Assembly (NCBI RefSeq): GCF_006345805.1
Contig: NC_043003.1
Span: forward strand, 13,826,001-13,890,000
Direction: 5' to 3'
Length of the DNA stretch: 64,000 nt
From: Octopus sinensis
Lineage: Eukaryota
Shown: piece by piece, positions 1 to 12,010 of the stretch
Layout: every line of letters starts with the position of its first letter
Numbering within the stretch: position 1 is the stretch's first letter
The notes under the pieces: model-generated
What the model saw: only the letters and a program-made list of their open reading frames with translations
What the model was told of the DNA's origin: nothing
The model's database searches: none
Made by a program: the position numbers and the translations under genes

Positions 1-199
1 ACAATATTTGAAATGTTGACATTCAGACATTACTTTCAATTTTTTTTTTTTTTTAAGAAAAAAAAAAAGACAATTAGATTTTTCAAATGCAATTCAATTA
101 AGATATCTAATTTCCATGATAAATTCTCTCAATACCTGAATAAAATTCCAAGCACTTTTCTTAGGTTCATTATTAGGAAGAAATGCTGAAAAGGTTTCT

Positions 200-521
200 A
201 ATAGTCTATATGCAATCTTTTAAAACATGTACCTAAGGTTCTATATATACACACATATATTACATATACATACCATAGGTTTCATATATATAAACTAAAC
301 TACATATAAGGAATATTATGAATGATAATTTTAATTACATCTAACTTTATCATAAATTATAATAGTCTATATGCAATCTTTTAAAACGTGTACTTAAGGT
401 TCTGTATATACACACATATATTACATCTACATACCATAGGTTTCATATATATAAACTAAACTACATAGAGGGAACATTATGAATGATAATTTTAATTACA
501 TCTAATTTTATCATAAATTAT
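200..521. repeat. Tandem duplication, 2 x 161 bp
   Basis: AATAGTCTATATGCAATC...CATAAATTAT occurs at 200-360 and again at 361-521 with a few substitutions. Confidence 0.95.
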
Positions 522-946
522 AATGGCAGAGTGCTACATTCTTTCTCTGCTAAAATCATCATTGGAGAAAGATGAGGACAAAATATGACAGGAGTGAATG
601 AAGGGAGGGGAAAATGGGTGATTTTTATTTATTTATTTATTTATTTTCTTTTAAAAAATGTTAACCAACAATGGACAGCACACACATTCAAACAAATAGG
701 TGTGTGAGAGAGAAAGAGTATCAGTTAGTTCATAAGAAAGTTAGCAGAACAAATAATAGCTAGATGTAATATCTTTTATTTTTGTGAAAAAAAGTGAAAA
801 TTATGAATTAATCAATAATATATCCATTTAAAAGAGATAATTGCATGAAATTAGTGGAAATTATTTTATTTACAGCAACCAATAAGATAGCTAGCTTTGT
901 ACAGTTGTATTATTAAATGTTGATTATGTTGATTTAGCCATATATG

Positions 947-979
<33 letters not shown>

Positions 980-1203
980 TTCTTTTTTCAACTATCTTCT
1001 GAAAGAATACAAAACAAATCATCAACTACTTTAGCTACAGCTAAAAACTATAATTTACTAGTAACAGAGATTTATTATTTATTATTTTAAATAAATGTTG
1101 CAGTACAAAGTCTTTGGATTTCTTTCACTTGAACTGTCTCAGTCATTTACTAATAAATAAATGAAACCAACTCGGAGATGTGTCTGTGATATAAAAGAAA
1201 GAT

Positions 1204-2138
1204 TTCACTCTCTTGTTACCATATTTCTATTGAAATACATTTAATTTTATTTCGGTTAATTTTTGGAAATTATGAAGAATTTAGCAAAACAATTATGTCA
1301 TTATTAAACTGGAGTTTAGAACATAAACTAACGAGAAATTTTGATGGAAGATTTTAATTTAGCTCACTTTTAAAATGATAAGTTTTTATCATAAAACCTA
1401 TTTCTTTACTACTCACAAGGGGCTAAACACAGAGAGGACAAACAAGGACAGACAAACGGATTAAGTCGACTACATTGACCCCAGTGCATAACTGGTACTT
1501 ATTTAATCGACCCCGAAACGATGATAGGCAAAGTTAACCTCGGCGGAATTTGAACTCAGAACGTAGCGGCAGACGAAATACCTATTTCTTTACTACCCAC
1601 AAGGGGCTAAACACAGAGAGGACAAACAGGGACAGACAAATGGATTAAGCCGATTATATCGACCCCAGTGCGTAACTGGTACTTATTTAATCGACCCTGA
1701 AAGGATGAAAGGCAAAGTCGACCTCGGCGGAATTTGAACTCGGAACGTAACGGCAGATGAAATACCGCTGAGCATTTTGCCCGGTGTGCTAACGATTCTG
1801 CCTAGCTGATATCAAAAGCCTTAACTCCTTCGTTAGCATATTTCTGTTAAAACACACTTTGTTTCGCTTAATTTTGAAAATAAAGAATTTAGTTAAATAA
1901 CTTGGTCATTATTTAACTGGGATTTGGAGCAAAAACTAAGATGAAATATTGATGAAAAAATTTACTTATAATTTAGATCCCTTTAAAATGGGAAGTTTAT
2001 ATCATAAATCTCCTGCAAATTGGTATCAGAATGGTTAACTCTTTTCTTACCACACTTCTGTTGAAATACAATGTTTGTTTTGGTTAATTGTGAAAATAAT
2101 TTAGAATTTAGTAAAATAACTTAATATTAAGCTGGTAT
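1204..2138 (+). mobile_element. Three head-to-tail copies of a TTAA-flanked piggyBac-like MITE (family M2)
   Basis: Similar ~215-bp units (...TTACCATATTTCTGTTGAAATAC...GGTATCAAAAGGGTTAA-like ends) share TTAA at 1821-1824 and 2035-2038; copy 1 is interrupted by SINE A and copy 3 is truncated by SINE B. Confidence 0.65.
1399..1807 (-). mobile_element. SINE family A, dimeric form
   Basis: Full copy plus a second body and tail joined at GACGAAATACC|TATTTC (1582/1583); B-box GTTCAAATTCC on the minus strand. Confidence 0.9.
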
Positions 2139-2330
2139 ACTCTTACTCTCTTTTACTCTTTTACTTGTTTCAGTCATTTGACTGTGGCCATGCTGGAGCA
2201 CCACCTTTAGTCAAGCAAATCGAGCCCAGGACTTATTCTGTGGAAGCCTTGTACTTATTCTATCGATCTCTTTTGCCGAACTGCTAAGTTACGGGGACCT
2301 AAACAAACCAGCATCGACCACAAGAGTAAC
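2139..2330 (-). mobile_element. SINE family B (CORE-type), 3' tail
   Basis: TTTTACTTGTTTCAGTCATTTGACTGTGGCCATGCTGGAGCACC tail, recurrent throughout the window. Confidence 0.85.
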
Positions 2331-2499
2331 AGATATATATATTTGTGTGTCTGTGTGTGTGTGTGTGTGTGTGTATTATATATACATACACACACACACA
2401 AACTTTGAAGTCCCTGTCAACAACAGACTTGCATAAGAATAATAAATTTGTACTCTACAAAAATATAGCATAACCCATCAGATTATTGTAAAAACAAAC

Positions 2500-2540
<41 letters not shown>

Positions 2541-2566
2541 CATATACATATCTATCTATCTATCTA

Positions 2567-2614
<48 letters not shown>

Positions 2615-2940
2615 AATGTGTGTGTGTGTGCATGTGCACACAGGTCATTTTGGCTGGTAAATCTCCAAGGTCTCAGAAAATAAAGAATATAAATTTTTAA
2701 ACGTCATTGTTTCGAAAATAGTCAAATTTGAAGAAAATTAATTAATTTATTTATTCCAACATGATAATATAAATCTTGAAATAAATATCCACCTGAAATC
2801 AATACAGACTTGTAAATCAACTATATGCTTGTATATAAAATTGATTATTCTAACAAAAGCTATTATAAAAATTATCCGTGATACACTCTGCGAATCACAT
2901 ATGGTACACATGTTTTTATTGTATGTATTACATTCTATGG

Positions 2941-3185
2941 GGAGATATGTGGCTTGGTGGTTAGGGTGTTGGACTCATGATCATAAGATTGTGGTTTCAA
3001 TTCCTGGACTGGGCGATGTGTTGTGTTCTTGAGCAAAACACTTCATTTTATGTTGCTCCAGTCTACTCATCTGGTAGAAAAGAGTAATCCTGCAATAGGC
3101 TAGCATCCCATCCAGGTGGGGAATATGTATGTCACAGAAACTGGGAAACCAGCCCTATGAGTCCGCATGACTTGTAAAGGATATT
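2941..3185 (+). mobile_element. tRNA-derived SINE, CORE-like body with family E tail
   Basis: Head GTGGCTTGGTGGTTAGGG...GGTTTCAATTCC, body GTTCTTGAGCAAAACACTTCATTT, tail CATCCCATCCAGGTGGGGAA...GGGAAACCAGCCCTATGAG. Confidence 0.75.
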
Positions 3186-3302
3186 TATCCCTTCTTAATA
3201 CATTTCACGATCACATATTACCTCTAGACCAAATTAACCCCTAATAAGTGAAAGGCTGAAAAATTCCTGACTTTGGGTTAAAAGAAAACACAGGAGGATT
3301 AG

Positions 3303-3569
3303 TTCACCTTTTAGCATTCAAACCGGCCATATCCGGCCCAAATATTTAACCTGTTACATGTTGAAACTGGCAAGATCTGGCCTCTCGCACCTACCCTACA
3401 ATGTCAATCTAAAATGCGACCAATACTATGCATACGCGAGAAAAATGTACAGTGTCTCAAATTTACGTTGAATCAGTGTTTCTCAAAGGGAAGGCCTATG
3501 GGACGGTTGGACAAGTTGTTTTGAGAAAATTTGGGCTGGATATGGCTGGTTTAAATGCTAAAGGGTTAA
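3303..3569. mobile_element. piggyBac-like MITE (family M1 variant) with ~41-bp TIRs
   Basis: Left TTCACCTTTTAGCATTCAAACCGGCCATATCCGGCCCAAAT; right ATTTGGGCTGGATATGGCTGGTTTAAATGCTAAAGGGTTAA. Confidence 0.8.
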
Positions 3570-3957
3570 ACTAAGAATTGAGCTTGTTCACAAGGCAAGC
3601 AGAGTCAAGTATCTTGCTTAAAGACACAACATAACGGTCTGTGGCGTAATTTGATTTTTCACAGAAGTCAATTTGTAATCTAGAATTATGTTATTAGTTG
3701 CAGTTTGTTGTTGAAAATATTTTTTACATTAAAAAGGGGAGGAGAAAAATTTTATAAAAATAATTCGGCTGATTTTATCTTGGAAATGAAAAATGAAATT
3801 AATTGAAAGAAAAAGAAAAAGACATTTGTGCAGGGATACGAACAATAACGAAAATATTCTTAATCTTAAAGGAACCGCACAGTAGAATGGTGATGCAGTT
3901 CTATCAAGGATTCACAAGTTACTATTAAAGACTTCACAGTTTTCAAAATTATTGTCA

Positions 3958-4215
3958 GTTTTTACTTGTTTCAGTCATTTGACTGCAGCCATGCTGGAGC
4001 ACCGCCTTGAAAGGTTTTACAGTCAAGGAAATCTACCCCAAGCTTAGTACTTATTCTATTGGTCTCTCTTACTGAACTGCTAAATTACGGGGACATAAAC
4101 ACACTAACATTGTTTGTCAAGTGATGTGGGCAGGGGGACACAAAGACACACATAACCATATGCATATATATATGGCGGCCTTCTTTCAGTTTCTGTCTAC
4201 CAAATCCACTGACAA
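3958..4215 (-). mobile_element. SINE family B, 5'-truncated
   Basis: Family B tail and the CTTCTTTCAGTTTCTGTCTACCAAATCCACT segment. Confidence 0.8.
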
Positions 4216-4221
4216 CTAATA

Positions 4222-4720
4222 CTATCCAAGGGAAAGGCAAAGGCCAATACAGTTTGGCACCAGTGTGGCACCAGTGATGTCACAATTCATTTCTACAGCT
4301 GAATGAACTGGAGCAACATGAAATAAAGTGTCCTGCTCAAGAACAGAGGTCGGGTGACTTTTTTAACCAATTACCCCAAATACATTTATTTACGCCGATT
4401 TGAAAGGAAGAAAATCGTAGATGCTTTGAATTCAAAACGTTTATTGAATCTATTTATATGAATCTATTTACACGTCCATTACACTGGACAGATGTAATAT
4501 GGCCAGAAGAAAAATTTCTGTCTTAGCAAGGAACATGCTTATGTAATTTTACTTATGTCCTCATTACTTTCAAGAATTTCATTTTTATCCCAATTGGGGT
4601 AATTTTCCCCAGTTTGCTGACCCCTGCTCCAGAATATGACACACAGCCCAGTCTGGGAATCGAACTCCTTATCTCATAATTCCGAACCTGACGCTCTAAC
4701 CACTGAGCCACGCGCCTTCA
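4222..4720 (-). mobile_element. tRNA-derived SINE family I, split by a hAT-like MITE
   Basis: GGAGCAACATGAAATAAAGTGTCCTGCTCAAGAA continues after the insert as ACACACAGCCCAGTCTGGGAATCGAACTC...AACCACTGAGCCACGCGCC. Confidence 0.8.
4344..4626. mobile_element. hAT-like MITE, 283 bp
   Basis: Termini CAGAGGTC.../...GACCCCTG, subterminal AATTACCCCA/TGGGGTAATT, 8-bp TSD CTCAAGAA (4336-4343) / CTCCAGAA (4627-4634). Confidence 0.75.
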
Positions 4721-5382
4721 CACACATGAATACACCATAAGGATAATAGATACAGCATTTTAGTTCATTAAATAACGATAAACATTAACAATGCAATTTA
4801 TCTCAAACGACAGAATATATATATATTACATCAACAAAGTATACCTACCTTAAACTTTACAGAAATTATTCATTTTGTTTCACTAAACTGTCTCGTTCTT
4901 TTTTTAAATTTATATTTCTATTAAAGTCTAGATCAATATTTTATTCTTATTGTATCTGTAACAATTACAAGTCTAGGATGGATAAGTTTTCAAAAGAATA
5001 TAATATAATATATATATAGCACATACACTGAAAGCCTAATCAATACATCTAGCACAGCTTTCAACACAATATGGCTGCCATTGCTGAAATGAGATTTTCA
5101 TATCACAAACTTTGATAAGTAATTGCTCTACATGGGCCTGTGTAGTAAGGGTTTGTGTGCCAGGAATTCTTTTTCCCCTAATCACATAGTATTTAGGTTC
5201 AGTTGCCCTTTGTGGCACTTTGGATGTTTGATACTGCAGCTCTGGGTTGAACATAGTCCTTGTCAGAGGATTTAGTGAATGAAAACTGAAGTAATTCATA
5301 GAAGTGGTTTTATGTAGATAAATTTAAGGTCCAGTTATTTAATTTATCATTTGGCTCCTTCATTAATCATCATCATCATCAA

Positions 5383-5790
5383 GGCGGTGAGCTGGTAGAA
5401 TCGTTAGCACACTGGGCGAAATGCTTTCCGATATTTCATGTCTTTATGTTCTGAGTTCAAATTCTGCCAATTTCAAATTTACCTTTCATCTTTTTGGAGT
5501 CGATAAATTAAGTACCAGTTGCGTACTGTGGTTGATCTAATCGACTGCCCCCCTCCCGAAAATTTTAGGCTTTGTGCCTATAGTAGAAAAGAATCGTTAG
5601 CATGCTGGGCAAAATGCTTAGCAGCATTTTGTCTGCCGCTGTGCTTTGAGTTCAAATTCAGCTGAGGTCAACTCTCACTTTCATCCTTCCGGGTTCAATA
5701 AATCAAGCACCAGTTGCGTACTGGGGTTGATGTGATCAACTGTCCCCACTCGCTACGAAATCCAGGCCTTGTGTCTATAGTAGAAAGGAT
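5383..5790 (+). mobile_element. Two tandem SINE family A copies (tail type 2)
   Basis: Two successive GTTAGCA...GAGTTCAAATTC...GTACCAGTTGCGTACTG...GGCCTTGTG units. Confidence 0.85.
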
Positions 5791-5879
5791 TAATCATCAT
5801 CATCATTTAATATCCATTTTCCATGCTGGGATGCATTGGGCAGTTTGACAGGGACTGGCCAGTCAGAGAACTGACACGC

Positions 5880-6480
5880 AGACACACACATACATGATGG
5901 GCTTCTTCCAGTTTCTTATTTCTTTATTGCCCACAAGGAACTAAACATAGAGGGGACAAAAAGGACAGACAAAGGTATTAAGTTGATTACATCGACCCCA
6001 GTGCCTAACTGGTACTTATTTTATCAACCCTGGAAGGATGAAAGGCAAAGTCAACCTCGGCGTAATTTGAACTCAGAATGTAACGGCAGACGAAATACCT
6101 GTTTCTTTACTACCCACAAGGGGCTAAACACAGAGGGGACAAACATGGACAGACGAATGGGTTAATTGGATTACATCGACCCCAGTGCATAACTGGTACT
6201 TAATTTATCGACCTCAAAAGGATGAAAGGAAAAGTTGACCTCGGCGGAATTTGAACTCAGAATGTAATGGCAGACGAAATACGGCTACGCATATTGCCCA
6301 GTGTGCTAATGGTTCTGCCAGCTTGCCGCCTTCTTCCAGTTTCTATCTACCAAATCCACTCACAAGGTTTTGGTCTGCCTGAAGCTACAGTAGAAGACAG
6401 TTGCCCAAGGAGCCACGCAGTGAGACTGAACCCAGAACTATGAGATTTGGAAGCAAGCTTCTTACCCACGCTGCCATGCT
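5880..6480 (-). mobile_element. SINE family B host, interrupted by a dimeric SINE A
   Basis: GGGCTTCTTCCAGTTTCT resumes at 6331 as ...ATCTACCAAATCCACTCACAAGG. Confidence 0.8.
5917..6330 (-). mobile_element. SINE family A, dimeric form with 14-bp TSD
   Basis: TSD TTCTTCCAGTTTCT at 5903-5916 and 6331-6344; internal junction GACGAAATACC|TGTTTC at 6099/6100. Confidence 0.9.
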
Positions 6481-7098
6481 TGCACTTATATACATATTTT
6501 ATTTTTTTACTGGTTTCAGTCAAAGGCCAGGGCCATGCTGGAGCACTGCCTCTATATGTAATTATTTATATATAAAACTGACTCTGCACAAATTACAGCT
6601 TCATGCTTCATACACTTCGGTTTTCATCCTCATCTATTCCAGAAATATTTCATTTTCTTTTGAGGGGAAAGAGTGGAAATGGTGTTAGTCTCCTTTCTCT
6701 TCCAACCCCCTGGTAGGGAAAGAAATTGCGAATTTTGAATAGATTGTGAAAACCCGAAGTGATTTTTTTTTTTCGAAAAAAAAAGAAGAAAAAAAAAAGA
6801 AAAAATTATAGGTAGACATTTTGTCTGCCCCATGTATTGAGGGGAGGCATCCAAATGTTCCAAAGGCCTCTGTTTGCAAAAATATTACCAAAAAAGGAAA
6901 ATTTTCACCCAGTAAAACTAGATAATAATCCATTTTCATCGGAGCCATCTATCTGAAAGAACATCCATCCTCACCGAAACACAAATATAGCAATAACAAT
7001 AAAAGCAGGACTAGAAATAATAATTCACATGTGCCTTTAAGCAATATATATACACATATATACATACAATATATGTATATATATGTGTGTGTGTGTGT

Positions 7099-7430
7099 AT
7101 AATATATTATATATATATATAATATATTATATATAAATATAATATATTATATATATATATATAATATATTATATAAATATAATATATTATATATATAAAT
7201 ATAATATATTATATATATATAAATATAATATATTATATATATAAAAATAATATATTATATATTATATTTATATAATATATTATATATATATATAATATAT
7301 TATATAAATATAATATTATATATATAATATAATATATTATATATATATAAATATAATATATTATATATATAAAAATAATATATTATATATTATATTTATA
7401 TAATATATTATATATATATAATATATTATA
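7099..7430. repeat. Pure A/T minisatellite built on the palindrome ATAATATATTAT
   Basis: About 330 bp with no G or C; repeated ATAATATATTATATAT units. Confidence 0.9.
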
Positions 7431-7516
7431 CACACGCACACACACAAATATAAATATATATATATACACACACACAGACACATATTACAATTATTATATA
7501 CGCACACACATATTAC

Positions 7517-7550
<34 letters not shown>

Positions 7551-8092
7551 CTTAGTATACATATATATGTACATACAAAACAATATGGCCTTTTTTTGTT
7601 GCTAGCTCTTTCTTTTTTTATTATTTTATTCCTCTCATCTTAGAAAGTGCAGGGCTACAGGGTAATTTGTCAACAGGGAATGACAACATAACATTACCAT
7701 TTTTCCTGCTCAAACTGCTTTACTTGAAGACACGGAATGCCCAAACACACTTAAATATATAAACGCATACACACACACACACACATATGTATGTATGATG
7801 GGCTTCCATATGTCATTTCTCCTCACAAGGTATCGGTTGACCCAAGGCTGCAGCAGAATATACCCAAGGTGCTACGGACTGAGGTAGGTCTCAAGATCAC
7901 ATGGAAAAATATATATATATATATAAGCTGGAGGCTACTTGTCTGGAAGTTTTAGACATATCAAATGTCACTTCCACTGGAAAGCATACAATGTATATTT
8001 TAATATGTTAGCTCCTTCTATCATGAAAATTAACCCCTAAAAAGATATTTTGAAAAAGGGTGTATGAACATATCATAACAAAGAATAGCCTT

Positions 8093-8130
<38 letters not shown>

Positions 8131-8474
8131 AATTGAGATAGGGGTTGTAAATGCAACCCTCCATGGGATAACATATATCCAATATACTGCCAGTGAAGTA
8201 CCCAACAAAGTTAATACATAAATGTTAAGAATTGCGATGCAATTATTTCATTTACTGTATTACATGGGCAAAGGTAAAGTGATTTACCACAAATTCATAA
8301 TACAAAATAAGAAAATGGAGAAATACATCAAAATCAAATATCAATTACCAGATAATACTCAATCACATACTTTATTAAACCACCACATAAGAAACTATAA
8401 GGCTAAACATAATGATGTAGAACAAAACAATGTACATAAAGGAGTGTACATAAAAGAGTAATGTTATACAATAA

Positions 8475-8511
<37 letters not shown>

Positions 8512-8567
8512 TAGATAGATAGAAGATAGATAGATAGATAGATAGATAGATATATACACACATTTAC

Positions 8568-8609
<42 letters not shown>

Positions 8610-9369
8610 CTTTCGAAAAAGAGGTTTGTTCTCAATATATCCAGTAGACTAAATGTGGAACGGATATCTATTCAAAAATGGTTTAGCAGCGATGATCTGG
8701 AAACCAGCTGTTGGGAAAGTTCAGTTTAAGATTAGGGCTATTTTAATGTTGAAAGCAACTCATGTAATAAAAACTGTCTGTGAAGTTAATCAGTCTGCTA
8801 AATTTTAAGATTTTTCACCATTATTTCGTTGATGGGGCACTAAATTCTTGACAAATGGTGACTCTGACCCAATTTTAATTCTACTCCGAAATCTGAGAGA
8901 CAGTTATGGGAAAGAAATGTAATCCCTTGTATTATTCCCTTTCAAAATTAATGCTTATTACTAACAATGGAATGGCAGACACAGTAGAGTACTGGACTAA
9001 ATTTCTTGCAGGACTTTGTTATGAACTTGCAGGTTCTGATTTCAAATCCATTTCTATGTGATAACTATTATTTGACATCTAGGCAAAAGTGAAATAATAA
9101 AGAGTCAGTAGAGCGCAGTGCAGTGTTTTGTGTCTTCATCCAGCAAGAAAAATGTTTATATTCTATTTTATCTTTTACTTGTTCCAGTCATAAGACTGTG
9201 GCCATACTGGGGCACTGCTCCAAAGTATTTTAGTCAAGTGAATCAACCCCAGAACTAGACTTGATGTTTACATTTTCCTCTATGATAAGTTCAAGAAACT
9301 TCAATGATCTTAAATGCTACTTCAGTCAACAGTAGATTGTTTGACCAATAGCAACTGGGGTTAGTAATA

Positions 9370-9890
9370 ATTTCTACTATAGGCACAAGGCCTGCAATTT
9401 CATAGGAAGGGGTGGTCAATTACATTGCTCCACCCACCACCCCACCTGCTCAACTGGTAATTACTTCATCAATTTCGAAAGGATGGAAGGCAAAGACAAT
9501 CTCGGCAGAATTTGAACTCTGAATGTAAACACGGACAAAATGCTGCGTTTTGCTTGGTAAGCTAAGAGTTCTGCCAGTTGACCACCTTCAACTAGGGTTC
9601 AATCAGCTTTTCTGCTATGATCACAAGACCTGAAATTTGGGGATAGGGGACTAGTTTGATCAGATCGACTCCAATATTCAACTGGTACTTATTTTATTGA
9701 CCCTGACAAGATGAAAAGCAAAACTGACCTCAGCAGGATTTGAACTCAGAATGTAAAGATGGACGATTGGAATTTAATAATCCTTCCAACCATAGGCACA
9801 AACCCTAAAGTTTTGTTAAGTCAAATACATCAACCCCAAAAGGATAAAAGGTAAAGTTGACCTTGGTGGAATTTGAACTCAGAAATTAGA
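9370..9890 (-). mobile_element. Three successive SINE family A (tail type 2) remnants
   Basis: Three ...AACTGGTA...AGGCAAAG...GAATTTGAACTC blocks. Confidence 0.75.
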
Positions 9891-10139
9891 GATGGATGAC
9901 TAGGGTTGAATAATAAATACTGAAAAGGGACTATCACAAATTCTAGAAGTTCTAATAAGTACCTGCACCTTATTGCATAGGCTGGGGACTGCAAAAGCAA
10001 AAACAGGGGATACATACAATATTTCGGTCTCATCTCAAATAACTGACACAACACATTAGCTGAGATAAATTTAGTTGCATGGCTTAGAGTCTGAATCTCT
10101 TGTCGCACTCTTTTGACTTTCTCTCTCTCTCTCTCTTAG

Positions 10140-10190
10140 AAGAAGCTGCCTCTGAGCCTGGCATCTTACCAATTATGGTACATACAGGAG
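10140..10190 (+). CDS. Candidate 51-nt internal exon (product unknown)
   Basis: Branch-like TTGAC, (CT)n tract, TTAG acceptor and GAG|GTAAGT donor; length divisible by 3; two frames open (KKLPLSLASYQLWYIQE or EAASEPGILPIMVHTG). No homology recognised. Confidence 0.4.
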
Positions 10191-10280
10191 GTAAGTTTTG
10201 AAGAGAACAGTAATACTCCCATATACACTTTCTTCTTTCTACCTCTAATCCTTATTCCCAGCCACATTTAAGAAACAGAA

Positions 10281-10313
<33 letters not shown>

Positions 10314-10819
10314 AATCAGGGACGATGAAGTGCAACTTTTCATTTTCTTTCATTCCATGATTTTTCTTCACATACACACACACACGTTTCTTTTTTTTTC
10401 TAACATTTACAAAGACATCACAACACTCTTGTACTCAAATTTCACATCCACTGAATATTGCCAGCTGGGATTTTGAATTTGACTCCCGCCCCACCCTTCA
10501 TACAGACACATACACACACTTATACAGTACATTGTTTATGTGAAGCCTTCTTCACTTCCCCCTCTCCTTCCACCACCACCACAGCAGCTCAACATGTATT
10601 TTATTACTTATATATTGTATTGACACTTTTGTCACACTAGACAATTAGTAAAATTATTGTTTTTCGTCAAGTCAACCCTTAGTGGTAAATAAAGGAACCA
10701 TTCTTTTTCTTCTTGGTCGATTTTTACCTTTCATCCTTTTGAGGTTGATAAAATAAATCCCAGTTACATACTGAGGTCGATGTAATCAACTAGTTCCCTC
10801 TCTTCAAATTTCAGGCCTT

Positions 10820-11050
10820 GGCGGTGAGCTGGCAGAAACGTTAGCATGCCGGGCAAAATGCATAGCTGTATTTCGTCTGCCAATGCGTTCTGAGTTCAAA
10901 TTCCGCCGAGGTCGACTTTGCCTTTCATCCTTTCGGGGTCGATAAATAAAGTACCAGTTACACACTGGGGTCGATGTAATCGACTTAATCCATATGTCTG
11001 TCCTTGTTTGTCCCCTCTATGTTTAGCCCCTTGTGGGTAGTAAAGAAATA
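10820..11050 (+). mobile_element. SINE family A, full length (tail type 1), adjoining an older family A tail
   Basis: GGCGGTGAGCTGGCAGAAACGTTAG...GAGTTCAAATTCCGCCGAGG...GTAAAGAAATA. Confidence 0.9.
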
Positions 11051-11054
11051 AATT

Positions 11055-11364
11055 ATTATTGTTGTTTGTTCCTTCTCTAGCCATGCCTGGCTCATAAGGG
11101 CCAGTTTCCTGGTTTCCTTGGCGTATAGGTTCCCCACCTGGACTGGATACTGGCTGTCACAGGTGAGCTGCAAGATGCAGGAGGAAAGAGTGAGAGAAAG
11201 TTGTGGTGAAAGAGTCAGCAGAAGTTCGCCATTACCTTCTGCCGGAGCCGTGTGGAGCTTAGGTGTTTCGCTCATAAACACATATCGCCCGGTCTGAGAT
11301 TCGAAAACCCGCGATCTCTCGACCACGAGTCTGCTGCCCAAACCACTAGGCCATGTACCTCCAC
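11055..11364 (-). mobile_element. SINE family E (tRNA-Arg-like head)
   Basis: Reverse complement of the 21692-22008 element. Confidence 0.85.
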
Positions 11365-11489
11365 AAATTATTATTATAGACGTCGCACAGTATACAGTAT
11401 GGTGAGGTTATTGATTGAAGATATTGTGTCTACCGGGGGGGGGGGTATACTGTTTGTCAAGTCACAACAAGGACCTTAGATAGACAGTA

Positions 11490-11840
11490 CTTCTGATCTG
11501 AGTTCAAATTCTGCTGTAGCCGATTTTGCCCTTCGTTCTTTCAGGGTCGATCGCCGGGATCGGTGATATCGACTTACTCCTCCCCACCCCCGGACTTGCT
11601 GGCCTTGTGCTAAAACTTGAAACTATTATTATTATTATTATCATTATTTCCAGTCTGAGTTCAAATTCCACCCGGGTAGGGGTTTACCTTTCATCCTTTC
11701 AGGGACGATGAAATAAAGTACCAGTTGCATACTGAGGTCAAATGTAATCGACAAACTCCCCCCCACCCCCACACACATAAAAACAGTCCTTGTACCTAAA
11801 GTAGAAAGTATTGTTTTTGTTGTTGTTGTTGTTATTGTTA

Positions 11841-11884
<44 letters not shown>

Positions 11885-12010
11885 TAGCATGTCGGACAAA
11901 ATACCTAGCAGAATTTCTTCCGGCTCTTTACGCTCTGGGTTCAAATACCGCCCGGGACGACTTCGCCGTTCATCTTTTTCGGGATCGAACATGAATAAAT
12001 ACCAATCCGA
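11490..12010 (+). mobile_element. Cluster of decayed SINE family A fragments with (TTG)/(TTA)n tails
   Basis: Three GAGTTCAAAT(T/A)C blocks separated by trinucleotide runs. Confidence 0.65.

Noticed and set aside
5036-5299. 87-aa minus-strand ORF in unique sequence
   Set aside because: No homology recognised and no convincing splice signals.
9963-9988. Minus-strand micro-exon after a strong TTTTGCAG acceptor
   Set aside because: The donors are weak and the lengths (20 or 26 nt) are not frame-preserving.
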